Notes: generated from the sequence alone by a model not told the origin. 62,386 bases of DNA, filler included, from Sphacelaria rigidula (GCA_964200075.2; 11 parts of 11 records of this genome joined end to end with filler, not necessarily neighbours in it); one strand, 5' to 3'; positions 12,077-24,846 are shown, counted from the first letter of the whole stretch. Numbers and translations are program-made.

Positions 12077-12268
12077 GAAGAGGACGGGCTGGACCTGGCA
12101 GGCGTCAACGACCTGGAAGGAAACGGGGGCGACAGCGCGCTGTTTGGCCCGCCGGCGGACGAAGGTGGAGAGGAGGGTCGGCCGGGTGAAGTGGAGGCGG
12201 GCAAAGGGTTCGAGCTGTCGGAAGCCGGCGCCTTACCTATGCACAAGTGGCACCCTCACACCGTCAAG
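12077..12268 (+). CDS. RAD21: Rad21/Rec8 cohesin kleisin, exon
   Basis: AG/GT-bounded 192-nt phase-0 exon encoding an acidic linker that ends in KWHPHTVK. It splices in frame to the next exon. Confidence 0.8.
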
Positions 12269-12623
12269 GTACGGTATACCCGAGAACAGACCCGCTGGAA
12301 TGACCCGACCCGCTTCGAAAGACCGCATGTCTCGCTTAGTAAGAGCCGACCCGCATGGTGAAGACCGACCCACGTGGTGTGAACCGGCCCGGTGATCAAA
12401 CCGGGCCGGCTAATGAAATTCATGTCACTCAGATTCTACTCGCGGATTGGGTAAAAAACATGGCTTGAGAAATTAGGCCCATGATGTTTTTCGACGTCCT
12501 AGGAAGGTCTAACTGTTATTGGGTATATATATTCATGTATCAATGTGATGGAGATGAGAATCAGTCGTTTGCGGTGCATCCATTTTCAGCCGACGGAGCC
12601 ATGATTTCGGGTACTGTCCGCAG

Positions 12624-12737
12624 GTGTTGAACTTGGTGCAGAAGCAGCTCAAGGGGCGCTCCGCGGTGACACACGCTTCTCTCACGCGTGGGGCAAAAAG
12701 GCGCACTGCCGCCGGGGCATTCTTCGAATTACTGCAG
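12624..12737 (+). CDS. RAD21: Rad21/Rec8 cohesin kleisin, exon (C-terminal winged helix)
   Basis: AG/GT-bounded 114-nt exon encoding VLNLVQKQLKGRSAVTHASLTRGAKRRTAAGAFFELLQ. R..AA..FF.LL is the kleisin C-terminal motif. Confidence 0.9.
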
Positions 12738-14076
12738 GTTTGTTTGTTTTGTTGCGATATTTTTTTATTTCTTCTTTCGTCAATCATCTGGTATTGACCG
12801 CTTCGCAGTCGATATTTTTTTGCATTCTTTTGGAGGGGGGGGGGGAGTGCTTGAGTGGAGGGATTCAGTGGTGTGACATGCGACCTCGTACGTGAGATAA
12901 CTCATACCAAGAATCTTCCAATGGAATTCGCCATAGGTGTATTGCGTAGGGTAATTCCTATATTCGGGTATTTTGGAATATCGTACTCTCAGCACCCAAA
13001 ACTTGGGTGGAGTAGTGCGATCGCACCCTAGCCCTATATTCAGGTAGATTTTGGAGATTGGACAATGGCAACACATAATTCGGGACAGTACGTACCCGAG
13101 TATTTACCCTACCCAACATAGCCTTGAAATATTCCACTTTGATATTCAGACATCACGGTCGCCTACACCCTACCCGTGAAAGCGCCGCACAGTAGTCGAC
13201 TCAACCCACGATCGACGAGCACGCGCTGTGTACAGCATATCCCACGTGCGCCCAAGGAATTTTGCTGCTTCCAGCGGCAGTTCGGAGCGAGCCCTTCGTG
13301 CATGATTGACTTCAACCCAACCCCCTATCGTATGATCACTCGCCATTGATTTTTTAATGAGAAAAATAACTCGTTGTTTTCGGAGGAGAGTGGGGGGGAG
13401 GGGGGGAGGTGTTTGCCCCTGCTTCGCATCTAAACGGAGACGCTCGTTTGCCTCGGTGAGTGACGCGATGGTGGACAGTTTTTGTCCTCGTTGTTGTGAA
13501 AAATGGCGAACCCTCTCGTTTCACCACTTGTTGTTGACTACACGGTGATGAATTGTTCTCATTTCCAGGAACGGAAGGCGGGAAGACGAATTGATGCTGT
13601 TTTACTCCACACGTCATCCGCTGCTAATGATCACACGCGATTCTGTGAACTGCCATGTCACGGCTGGGCTCCTTTCCCAGATACCCTCCCCAGTATAATA
13701 TTTACGTTGTTGTTATCACGGGGTTTTGTTGCTCTATCTACAGTGCGATAAATCGATCGATCGATTGATTGATTGTCGTACTGTGAGCGATCCCCGGGTA
13801 AACCAGCTGTGGTCATGATCCACAAAATAGAGTACCCAACGTGACATGAAAACGGAGATGGCTCGCTGAAGGAAATTCGAAGAGGAAGGAGCAGATGGAG
13901 TAAGCTCTGAAAAAAAAAACAAGTGACGAAAAAACGCAATGAACGGAGGAAAAAAAAAGGAAAACGGATGCGTCCGGCCTATCGAATGTCGCGTTTCGCC
14001 CTTGCCGCCCCGCGCCCCTCACGTTATTTTTTTACCTTTTTTTTTGTGTGTGTGCGCATCGTACCGCGTTGAGCAG

Positions 14077-14145
14077 CTCAAGACGTGGGACTTCGTGCAG
14101 CTGTCCCAGCAGGAGTCGTACGGAGACATCCACGTTACTCCTGGG
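14077..14145 (+). CDS. RAD21: Rad21/Rec8 cohesin kleisin, exon (C-terminal winged helix)
   Basis: AG/GT-bounded 69-nt exon encoding LKTWDFVQLSQQESYGDIHVTPG, matching LK....Q...YGDI. The terminal exon was not identified. Confidence 0.9.
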
Positions 14146-14399
14146 GTAGGTGTTGGCATGTTTTTTGTTTTTGCCGCAGGTGGTGAAAATCATGCATCGA
14201 CCGCTTTTTGGAATACGTGTGTGTTTATATATGTGTGTGTGGAAAGGGGGGGGGGGGGGGGGGGGGGGGGGGAGGTGTACCCATGATCATGCATGCCATA
14301 GTCATAGGACCATTGATCTGTATCCCTGCAAAGCCGGGGCGGAGCACGCCGGGTTTTCGCCGGACCAGGCTCGCACTCAGTCACAAATAAGCTCCGTGG

Positions 14400-14620
14400 C
14401 GTGTTCGGCGAGTCGCATGAAGGGTGAGCTGCATCCTGCTAAGATGTCCGGCCCGACGCCTACTGGTTATCTTGCATTTGGATGACAGCTTACAATGATA
14501 TGCTTTATTGTCTGGTATCGCCACTTTCAGAGACAGCCACGGCTTATACACTGCCTCATAGGGGTCTCACCATTTAAACACTCCGTTGTACAATTATCCC
14601 CATGGTGCGGAGTTGAGGTT
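14400..14620. repeat. Dispersed repeat (TGTTCGGCGAGTCGCATGAAGGGTGAGCTGCATCCTGCTAAGAT...)
   Basis: About 220 bp colinear copy at 16720-16943 and a partial copy at 39771-39830. Confidence 0.9.
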
Positions 14621-17057
14621 CTCCCACGCCGCACGACATGATGTAGCTCGACCACCATCTCATGGTCACCGCCGAAAAAACGCAAGCGCGCAAAAAAAGA
14701 AATCGGTGGTTGCCTAGCTTACGTAGTGAGTGGCGTATTTTATAGCGTCATCGCCAACCGACGCCAACCTCATCAGGGGTCCGCCCCTACAAAGCCGGGA
14801 CGTAGCACGCCGGGTCCTCGCCGGACCAGTTGGGGAGGGGGTTAATGTGTGAAATTGTCGCATGCTTGTCATTCTCATCATGTGAAAAAAAATTGGGGAC
14901 ACACATCGCTGCATGACACTGACGTTTTTTCCGCACACTGGCGAATATATAAGCTTCTCGTCCAAGCGGTAGTGCGGCCTCATCAACGTCCCCCCGCTAC
15001 GGCGCTGTGATCTTGTTCGTTTTAAACACTGATGTACTGCACCTACCTAGGGGGGGGTGCAGTCATGATCTTGCATGCCTTAGTGATTAGAGGGAGAGGG
15101 GATTGGTCTCCGTTCAACCCGGCTGTCTCCACCACTACAAAACAGTGTTTTGATCATGGTTTAACGTCATCACCCAGCACATCCCTCAGGGAACGTTGTC
15201 GATGACAGAAGGCGAAACAGGACGGGGATAAGATATGTAAACGGTGTTTGTGTGATGTGTGGAAGAAACCTAATGGGCACCGAAGTGTTGTAGGTGTCTC
15301 CATCAGGAGTAGGAACGGTGCTCCGTCTCGAAAGGGATGCGTGGTCAATGGTCAAACGACTAAGGCAAGCAACAAATGAGTACGCCCCCCCCCCAAAAAA
15401 AAACAAAACAGCGGAAAGTGTCACGAAAAAAAATGGCCATACAGCGCCTGATGTTCGATTTCAGGCTGCACGAAGCGCCTCATATTGGCGACATTGGCTA
15501 GAATGAAGCCAAGCGTGGGAATTCCCAGCTTTTCGTTGTGCTAGGCTTTTCCCATTTCGGTTCACGTGAAGATTTTGCCTCCCAAAACCATGCACTTTTT
15601 AGGGGGGGGCTATCGTAGAAAGTGTCCTTCGCTTGGTCACGGAAGGGCTGCTGGACTAAAATAGCGTCTTTCTTTCATCCTATTTTTAATTATACTGTAA
15701 AAACACACGCACATTTTATATTATAGTGAAGGAAAACGATATCATCCCGTGATCAATATGAAGCGTCCGCTCTTCATTTTTTATTTTTTTCTCTAAATTG
15801 TTTGCTCTACGGAAGGTGATCAGTGAACGCCAGTGCCTATTTTCTCCCGCGCCCCCGTGATCTATCTGGCCCATCCTAAATTTGGGTAGGGTGCAGTAGT
15901 GCGTTCGATTCCCAACTGACACGGATTCATACAATCTATTTTTTCAAGGAACGTCTGACATCCGTTCGTTAAAAAGGTGAGGGCGTGAGTAGAAAAAAAA
16001 ACTTATGTCACGAGAGTGGACGTGCTGCGGTAGTGCTGCTCTAGCCCACGATACCAAAATGTCAGGTACGTACTTGTGCCGGGGAGGAGATGGGTTGATG
16101 TGTTGATCCCTTAGGACGGCGACGGACTCACTCCGACGAAGATTAATTGTAGGAGGTTAAGAGTATGACAAAAAAATGGAGAAAGTCTAAAAACCCTCGG
16201 GTGTCCGACCTTCTTTGGGAATATTAACGTTGGTTGACGTTCACGCGTCGGTAAATAACCCTCCCGCTATAGCCGATAAGCTCACCCTTGTACCCGAGCA
16301 CCGCCGCCGATAATAACGCGCATGCCGTGCTATGGTCTGTGGTCCCCCAACTAATGACCCATGGAATGCGGTTCTCGAGCCGAAGCAAGCACTATTCACA
16401 CATGTTCGGTGCTTCACCTAGGCTTCATCTGTGATACCTACTGCCTACGGAATTGGTGTCAACTTTAGCGTCATAGCCACAGTCGCACACATGTATACAT
16501 ATATATATATATATATATATCACATACAGACAAGTACGCACACACACACAAACACACACACCTCCTGCCCGATGACAGCCGCGGCCTGCACGAGCCTCTG
16601 CGTACTTCGGCTCAACTTGTCGTACTTAGCGATCACAGGGGCTGAAGCGTGATCCTGTCACCGGAAAAGCGAAAACAAACGGCGGTGATCCGAAGGCGGC
16701 GACGCAAGGGGGTGGTCAGGTGTTCGGCGAGTCGCATTAAGGGTGTGCTGCATCCTGCTAAGATTGTACGGCCCGAAGCATACTGATTATCTTGCACGTG
16801 GACGGCAGCCTACAAAGAGTTGCTTCATTTTTTTGGTATCGCCACTTCCCGAGACAGCCAGAGCTTATACACTGCCTCGTGGGTGTCTCACCATTTAAAC
16901 ACTACGTCGTACGATCATCCTCATTGTCCGGAGTTGAGGTCCTNNNNNNNNNNNNNNNNNNNNNNNNNNNNNNNNNNNNNNNNNNNNTTAATTAATTAAN
17001 NNNNNNNNNNNNNNNNNNNNNNNNNNNNNNNNNNNNNNNNNNNGTGCTGAGAATATT

Positions 17058-17420
17058 TACTCAATACTTGAGTAGAGTATGAGATATCATACTTTTGATA
17101 CTCAAAATTTGAGTAGAGTATTCGAGATCATACTTTCGATACTCAAAATTTGAGTAGAGTATAGAGGCTATACCCAAGCGGTACTCTATACCCGAGTAGT
17201 ACTGAGAGGGCTTACCCAACATTTGAGTAGAGTATTTGATGTCGTACTTTTGGTACTCAAAATTTGAGTAGAGTATTGAATGTCGTACTTTCTGTACTCA
17301 AAATTTGAGTAGAGTACTGAATGCCGTACTCAAGCTACTCAATCGTTGAGTAGAGTAGATACTCGGGTATTTATACCCGAGTATCCGAAAGTATATACTC
17401 TACTCAACACGCCCTTGAAA
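17058..17420. repeat. 41-bp tandem array with palindromic core TACTCAAAATTTGAGTA
   Basis: Units start at 17058, 17099, 17140, 17213, 17254, 17295 and 17336. Confidence 0.92.
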
Positions 17421-18899
17421 AATTTGAAACGAAATCGGTCTAGATTTTGTGTTTTGCTGTTTTTCGCGTTTGCGGTCATTTTCCATACCTTTCTTGGGCA
17501 AAATACGAGAAGGTATACCTTTTCCGGGCCATTGCCCAATAAAGAAGTATAGGAGGAATGGTTTGGTCTTTGCACATACGTCCCATACATGTGTCAAAAT
17601 TTCATGAAAACAGCTCAGAATTGAGCATCGAAATCATGCTGTTCTGTCGAAAACCGGTTTCCGTGGAGATAAACTATCCAACATGCGAACCGAAATATTG
17701 GAACGCGAGTGCGCTGTTTAATTTCACGTTGATTCTATGAAAGAGTCATGCTACGACGGTACTTACCCTATCGCACTGCTGCTACGGACAGAAAACGCGG
17801 AACGCAGCAGGGGAGGACAGTATCTCGTGCATGAGCAAATCACTCTCTTTCTACTCTACAAGGCATCGGTACGAGCTGGGCTGCCCTAGAAATCACACCC
17901 TCGAGAAAAGATTACATCGTCATGAAGTGTACTGCGTACAGACAGTATCGACCATTGCGTCTATAGTAGTCAGCATCAGAAGTTTTCATTATTCGTAGTT
18001 ATTGTAATTCTTAATTTTTTCTTCAGTATTATTCTTCATTCCTACTTGAAAGTGCTAGCGCCGGTAGATTTAGGGGGAAACCGTAGGCCGCGCTCAAACT
18101 GTCGTGTCCAAGTTGGTGTTTTTGGCGCGATACGGACCAGGTACGCCGTTTATCTTGAGGGTGTTATTGACCGTTTTTGGTCCATTTAAAAACAGTTTTC
18201 CGGCTCTTTCGCAACAAAGCGGTAAATATTCAGATAAATGAATACGTATACAATTCTTCACGACAACGATCGAGATCGTGTTTCCCTCCTATATTGCTTG
18301 GACAGACTTCAATCAAGTATTTTCCACGGATGGCCTCTTTCCGTTTTTTTTCGCTCAACATTTTCCATAAGCACTCGAAAGTGCTAGCGTCGATAGTTTC
18401 GACAAAATTAGCAGACTGTGCTCAAATCACAATGCCCAAGCTGTGGTGGGGGCGGTACGGAGTAAAGACCCCGTTTATCAGGAGGGTGTTATTGACCGTG
18501 AATGGTACAAGAAAAATAGTTTTCCAGCTTTAGCGCAGTGAATGGGTGGGGATTCACAAAAATAATCCTCTTTGAGTGTTGACTTTTTTGAGCGGGATCG
18601 AGTCGGTCCACCGAAAATACCAGACAGCTAGAAACTAGGATTGCACTTTCGCAGTACCCCCGAAGATTGGTTAAGCCCGTAAGTCATTCAATATTGATCG
18701 CCGGTATTTTTTCCTTCAATATTTGCCATGAGGATGAAAACATCTCCCGATTCCCATTTTTTGGTATCCAACAGTGACTGTGATGAGCGGTGGCAAGCGA
18801 AACACATTTGGAAAATCTTTGAGAAACTAGGAAATTTCAAATTTTGCATACTTCTGACGCTGACTACTATATTGCAGTAGACGATAGATTCCATACTGT

Positions 18900-19560
18900 A
18901 TGCGGTACACTGTTAGAAGATGTAATCTATTGTCCAGGGTGTGCCAAAAACGGATTCAAGCTCTCACAGCCATATGTCATCGACGCAGTCGAATTGGGTC
19001 GTCATCCGCGATTTTTACTTATACCCTAATCAAGGGGAATGTGCTTATTTGCTTACAAGCCCGGGTCGTTTTTTCTCGTCGATTAATCGCCATGTCGAGT
19101 AATTCCTCTACCGCTACGGAGATGGGGTTCATACTCGAGTTCACGTGAAACCCCGAACTATATGTGCAGTGGATGATGACGATTTTTTTCTGTGAACATT
19201 CCCTGGATCACGAGGAAACGATCGATACCCCCTCCTCCTATTTTTTGGGATCCAGAGATACGGCGCACATAAAACTTCGTACTAAACTCGATATATTGAG
19301 AGCAGAGGCACTAACTGCAATAAATCTGGATTTCGCATCGCAGTTGTGAGAGTCGTGCTTTGGAATTTTGGTACGGAGAATCGCTGGGGCAAAATAAAAA
19401 CATCTTTAGTCCCTTGGGGATTTCCCCCAATGTTTTAAGGGCGTTTTCGTTAAAAAATGGTGTTGGCCCTTCGCCCAGTTCCTCAGCTCAGTTTTTAGAG
19501 TTGTGCTTTGAAAGTTTGTGTGGAGAGCATACAGGCTGGTTCAGGATACATGCCCAAAAT
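18900..19560 (+). mobile_element. Decayed ORF 3' end plus flanking non-coding sequence of an unassigned repeat family
   Basis: Colinear with about 52220-51240 on the minus strand: NGFKLSQPYVIDAVELGR vs NGFKLSKQYVIETDELGR, and SRDTAHI...RAEALTAINLDFAS vs SRDMAHI...RAVALNALNLDFAS. Both copies are followed by a shared TTGGTACGGAGAAT motif. Confidence 0.7.
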
Positions 19561-22074
19561 TTATCCCCCACGAGATACATTGCGTGCTACTTACCCGATA
19601 GAAACATGGTGATATCATAGTGACCCCACGAGCGGGCGAACAGTGTGGCAAATCCAGATTTTTTCTTGCGTCCTTAGCTGTGGCGCTGGTGGTGTTTTCT
19701 TTTCTCGGCCAATCAGCGACGTCCAAGTTGTTCGGAATTGAAGAAATGCGAGTTCCCGACACAATGTGTAACCAGTCTCATCGCAAATCCAACCGTCGTA
19801 ACTGCCATCAGCTAGGGAATCTGACGCAAAGAACAGATTTGAAAACGGCTTATATGGGATCAAGTTATACCCCAAAACGTGGTATTTCGATGATACAGGG
19901 TTTTGGCGTCGTCAGATTTCCAGATGGTATGCATATAACCCCCCAGAAAGCTTCTTGACGTTCCCCTTGTAACTGTCGTATAAACCTCCGACCATCCTCA
20001 AACTTCGCAGTTCGGTAGATATAGGTGTTACAAATCGAAAAAAAAGTCGTCGAAGAAAGAACTTTATCCACTCTCTACCGGCCTCCGGGAGTCCCTGCGT
20101 GAACTTCCCCAGAAGATTGCCTGGAAATACAAAGTTTAAAGTCGACTCGCCCTGAGGAAGTCCAAGTAACGTTGGTACGAAGCTTGCTTGCGTACCTCGA
20201 AAAGCTGATCTCAACCGGTCCATGCAAGCTTGACCCCTTTTGGAACCCTCCCCTTCCGTCCCCGGGCCAGACGCTTCATTATTTCAAGTTGTGACAAAGA
20301 AGAAAATTTCGAAATAGAAGAGATCGACGGCAACCATTTTTACTGGGGAAGACCCAAGCGAGACTCGAGAAGCACTCGTCATGGATGTACCGAAAATGAA
20401 ACCCCGGAGCGGTCGGGTTGGCTTTGTCCAATGATATCACGCGACGGGCGAAGTGCGTCGAACTGTATGCATCGACCAAACTCTCCCAAAACAGTATAAA
20501 TTCCCATATATGTGAGTGTTGTCAGTGGGAATTTGTGGAACACCTCGATTCGAGTTCGGTGCGCGAATATGTCACATCGGCATACTTGACCTTAGAGTGA
20601 CGCACTAGTATACTTGGAATTAGAGTAGTGCACCATTTTGGTGGGCTGCATCAAGACTTGGCGACCGTAGGAAGCCACACTATATGGCCGGCGACAATGA
20701 TACGGCGGAGCAAGTGGAAATGTCGTCGCCACATGTGGAAGCGCCGAAGAGCGACCCATATGTAATTCACGTTCAGCTGGAAGAGGTGGCTGAGAAGCAC
20801 GGCCAGGACGCTGCCAGGCGTTTCGCTGAATAAGCTGCAAGAGCGTTTTGGGCAGCCCATTGCCCCCCGGCGCACACCGCCCCCCCCGCTCGCTTACCAA
20901 ACGTCAGCACAGTAACCGCAGGAAGAGAAACGCTGCGAGGCATACAGGATCAAGCGGAAAACATCAGGCGGGCGTGATTGCCAGCTCCAGACAGGCGACA
21001 TACTGGCCAACGGTCGACACCTGGCCGGGATAACCTTTCGTAACCAGCCTAACCCAACTACAACTGCAGTCAGTAAACACACTTCACTACAGTCCAGTAT
21101 AACTGAATAACGATATAACGGTGTTCCATGCAAGAAGGCAGAAGGTGTGTAATATCGTTGCTTGAAAACCCAACACCGCCCACGAGGACAGACGGTCCGA
21201 AAGCGATAACGCGGAGTAATACACCTCACGCAGCACAAAGTGGGGCTGTGCAACGTTCAGGCATGATCAACCCGCATTGTAGAGGTGGTGTTGTGGAAAC
21301 GTACAGCACAAAGCGCAGGATGAGATATGCAGTAAGATCACAGCCTACGAAGTGATAGCCTGTGTCGGGTATGCCAAAGTAACGCCCCCCGCCTACGCTG
21401 CACGAGGAGTATGTATAACGGCGGGATACATGGCATCCTCGTCGCCGTTGTGGAAAAACTGCAGTGTGGTGCCGTATAAAGGCGCACGACAGAGTATAGT
21501 AACGTGCATGACGTGAGTTTACACTTGAAATGAGCTGAAAATATCATCATCGCACGCAGTACAGAGGAGTAGGTGAACACATCCCCACAGGGCCTGACGG
21601 TGACTGTCTCCGAATACAGAAAGTAAACGGGGACATAACCGAGGTACATGTGCCGTCGGCGTCGCCTTTGTTATTGCAACTTAGGCGCAGACTTGCTATG
21701 ATGCGGCACGAAGCATCCACTGCAGGTGCGGCATGGAGATTGCTTCACGAAAGGTCAGCCATGCACTCTGGCGGGGGTTAGAAAACACCGACGGGTCGAA
21801 CAATTCGTCATACCCGTGAAATAGAGAACCTGCTTTCCTTCCACGTTCCATTCGCTCGGGTCTGAAAAACACACTTTGGGCGAGTTCTTTGCTCGAAGGC
21901 TGTAGGAAAGCAACCATTTCTTGCCCGATAAAACGTCAAATGTAAATCGTCAATTTTACATCAACGGTTCCAAAAGGGTTAAGCGCACAAACAAAAACCT
22001 CGGCTGCACTATATAGTCGAGTAATTCCGGGGATTCCGCGCACATTTGTATACTTCGACGCACGTACGGGGGAT

Positions 22075-22315
22075 TTCTTACGCCGTTTAATCGAGTTAGA
22101 CCCTGGAATTTTGCACACGGGCGCTCTGGGATATTTGAAAATTTCATGCATCAACGTTTTCTTTGGCAGATATCCGAGGTATCGGGAGGCGGTGTCGCTT
22201 TCTGGGACCCTAGATATCTGACAAGAAATAAAACCCGTTTATACAGAGTTTCTACATATCCCAGAGCACCTGTGTGCAAAATTTTAGGGTCCTACCCGAG
22301 AAAACGGCGTGAGCA
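22075..22315. repeat. Inverted-repeat (MITE-like) element
   Basis: ACGCCGTTT..GAGTTAGACCCTGGAATTTTGCACAC at about 22080 pairs with GTGTGCAAAATTTTAGGGTCC..AAAACGGCGT at about 22272-22310. The same family occurs at 28710-28988. Confidence 0.75.
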
Positions 22316-22742
22316 ATCGTTGGGGAGGAACTTTTGGTCGTTTACTCTGAACTGGTCTCCCTCATTTTGTTTTTCGTGAGTTGGGGACGTTCTCGTGGAA
22401 ACTGGCCCTTACTATACTCGAACGTCCTTTAATCATGAAGATCAACAATAAATCAACCTGTCTCATTTTTTAATGCCCCAGCGATTTTCTGCACAATATA
22501 TATTTTTTCTCTCTCCGTTGAACTCGGGGAGCTACTTCTCTCCGGTTTTCGTGGCGTCGCTCTTCTTATTTTTATTTTTTTATTTTTATTTTTTTGGTAA
22601 TGTGTCTGGTAAGGAATAGCAGGGNNNNNNNNNNNNNNNNNNNNNNNNNNNNNNNNNNNNNNNNNNNNTTAATTAATTAANNNNNNNNNNNNNNNNNNNN
22701 NNNNNNNNNNNNNNNNNNNNNNNNGTGTGTGTGTGTGTGTAC

Positions 22743-22831
22743 CTGTGCAGGATCTCAGCCGCCGTCGCTGGTACCGTTCGAGTTGTGGGCTCCTGCGTGT
22801 TGCTCACCACGATATTGAAAGTGCTGTGCAC
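22743..22831 (-). CDS. Cyclin-family protein, exon 6 (gene continues off the contig)
   Basis: AG/GT-bounded, in phase, encoding VHSTFNIVVSNTQEPTTRTVPATAAEILH. Confidence 0.7.
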
Positions 22832-23269
22832 CTGAGGACAGAAGAACGGTGCACGCCCCCCCCCCCCCAGGAAAAAAAAAACGGCGGGGGTAAGAAAGGG
22901 CAAAACGCAGAAACACGAGGAAGGAGAAAAATGATGCTGAGAAACAGAGACAGAGAAAAAAACTAACCAGACACGTTGCCGTCCTCGGTCCCTGTCAAGA
23001 GAAAAGAGAAAAAGTGTAAATTTTGAATCTTACATACTCGGAGTATGTATAGATGCGTGCTTTTTATGTTTGTGTTGTTTTACATTACTATAAGAGGTCA
23101 AAAAACGGTAGTGAAAAATGATGTCCGTTGCACATATGTGTGCACGGAAAGAAATAAAATCCACGAGGAGAATAAATTGGCCGTCGTCCTCCGTCAAATA
23201 AATTGAACATGAGGTCTGCGGCCTGCGCACACCTTCTTTCCTAGGGTCGTGTCACTGACGTGTGCGTAC

Positions 23270-23344
23270 CTGTGAAGGATTATATTGGCTGTCGCAGATA
23301 TGGATAGCTTCGCTGGTGGTCATCACCTGACATCCTCCTCCCGC
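23270..23344 (-). CDS. Cyclin-family protein, exon 5
   Basis: Encodes AGGGCQVMTTSEAIHICDSQYNPSQ with the ICD..Y motif. AG/GT, 75 nt. Confidence 0.85.
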
Positions 23345-23977
23345 CTAAACACAACACGATCGAGGGCCCACGGGAAAAAATGAATGAAGAATAAAACGAA
23401 TGGGCGGACCGCAAAAACAAGATCTCTTGGGGAACGAGCGACACGCTACGCTACACAACGCCTCATTTCGTTCGCATTTCGATATTTTCTTCCCAGCATC
23501 ATACTCGTACAGGTGCGGTCGCCCCGGTGGCTCAGTCGGTAACCTCGAAACCTTTTGACAGTTGGGTTGTGGGTTCGAATATCGGAGCGATTTGGGATTT
23601 TTCTCATGCCCAACAGTGCAGAGCGACTGTGTCGTGGGTACACAAAATTGGACTGAACGGCCGACGAGGGAAAGGGGCCGCTGAACCCCTCTCGCGATAA
23701 CTGTCCTTTTAACGCGACGCGTTCGTTGGTAGAGATACTGTATCAAGCGAAATAGAAAGTCGTCCTGTGCACGCTGGCTGGCAACATGTACTGTTAGCCC
23801 CCTCCCGCCAACCCCACCCCAACCCCCACCCTGAAAAAACAATGATCCGAAAGGTCTTGACTGAAATTTAGCATTTATAAACCATGAACGTGGGGGTTAT
23901 ACGAGAAGCAGCGTTTTTTTCATTCATCAAATTCTCCACTGCAACAGCACGACCTCCGGTAACGCACGCCTACGCAC

Positions 23978-24115
23978 CTGGCTCTGGATCATGGCACACA
24001 CGACGCCGAGGAGCTGAAGCCTGCACCTGGGAACAGCCACCTTGCCGAGACACACGTCTAGGGCGGAGACCGCCGCGTGCAGGGCGACAGTAGACAATCG
24101 GAACTGAAACGCAAC
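23978..24115 (-). CDS. Cyclin-family protein, exon 4
   Basis: Encodes VAFQFRLSTVALHAAVSALDVCLGKVAVPRCRLQLLGVVCAMIQSQ with the LQLLG motif. AG/GT, phase 0. Confidence 0.92.
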
Positions 24116-24671
24116 CTGTAGACAGCGGGATCCAAAAAATGTGTATATACATATATATACACACACAGAAAAAAAAATACACAACGAACGTTTTGGATGT
24201 GAGAGTCAACGGAGCCTGAGCCTGGTATCACGAACATCATCGCGGAGGTGGAACGAATAAACAATCATAAAACGTGCTCGAGGTACGGCAGGGTACTGGT
24301 ACGTGTTACGAGTACAGTGTTCCCACGTACCCTTGAATACTCGACTCTCTTTTGGACAACAATACAAGGATCCCGAAATACTGGGTATTCCGGGCAGTGA
24401 ATATCTCCGGTGTTACGGGGTCTCCACTACTGCAAACTTTGGGCACAAAAGCGCAACATCTGCGTTGTGACACAAAATGATACTACCACAGGACATTATC
24501 AAAAAAAAAGTGGAAATCAAATCAACAAACCGTCCCCTCCGCCAACATCAGGAAAGGGTGTCGCGTGCGTTCAACGACTAAAGAACTAATTCAAAACCAA
24601 TATAAAGTTTTTTTTTTTTCCCCTATATTTTTTTTTTCTTCAAATATCGTTCCCCTCTTCACCCTTCTCAC

Positions 24672-24846
24672 CTCGACCATCCAGTCCACCAGTACGGCGC
24701 GCATGTGCGGCGTCAAAAACTGCGTGTTGCCCAGCACCACTCGGCTCTGCAAAGTCCGAAACACGTCGAGCCGAGGCAACGTCTTCAGCTGCCCCAGAAG
24801 CAGATCCCCACAGGCCTCGAGGTGATACAGGGCGGGCAGCGCCAAC
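24672..24846 (-). CDS. Cyclin-family protein, exon 3 (start of cyclin box)
   Basis: Ends in LTPHMRAVLVDWMVE, the canonical MRAILVDW cyclin-box motif. AG/GT-bounded and phase-compatible. Confidence 0.92.

Noticed and set aside
14792..14830. HDV-like ribozyme (TCCTCGC loop motif) in a dispersed repeat
   Set aside because: P3/P1 pairings could not be built, and the motif is not conserved in the other copies.
17058..17360. CRISPR-like array of palindromic repeats
   Set aside because: The intervening sequences are short and similar to each other, there are no cas genes, and the context is eukaryotic. It is a tandem repeat.
18688..18894. hAT dimerisation-like peptide on the minus strand
   Set aside because: Cross-contig peptide conservation just downstream indicates the plus strand was coding, so the resemblance is likely chance.
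19640..20400. Possible decayed transposase on the minus strand
   Set aside because: Too many stops and no diagnostic motif I can defend.
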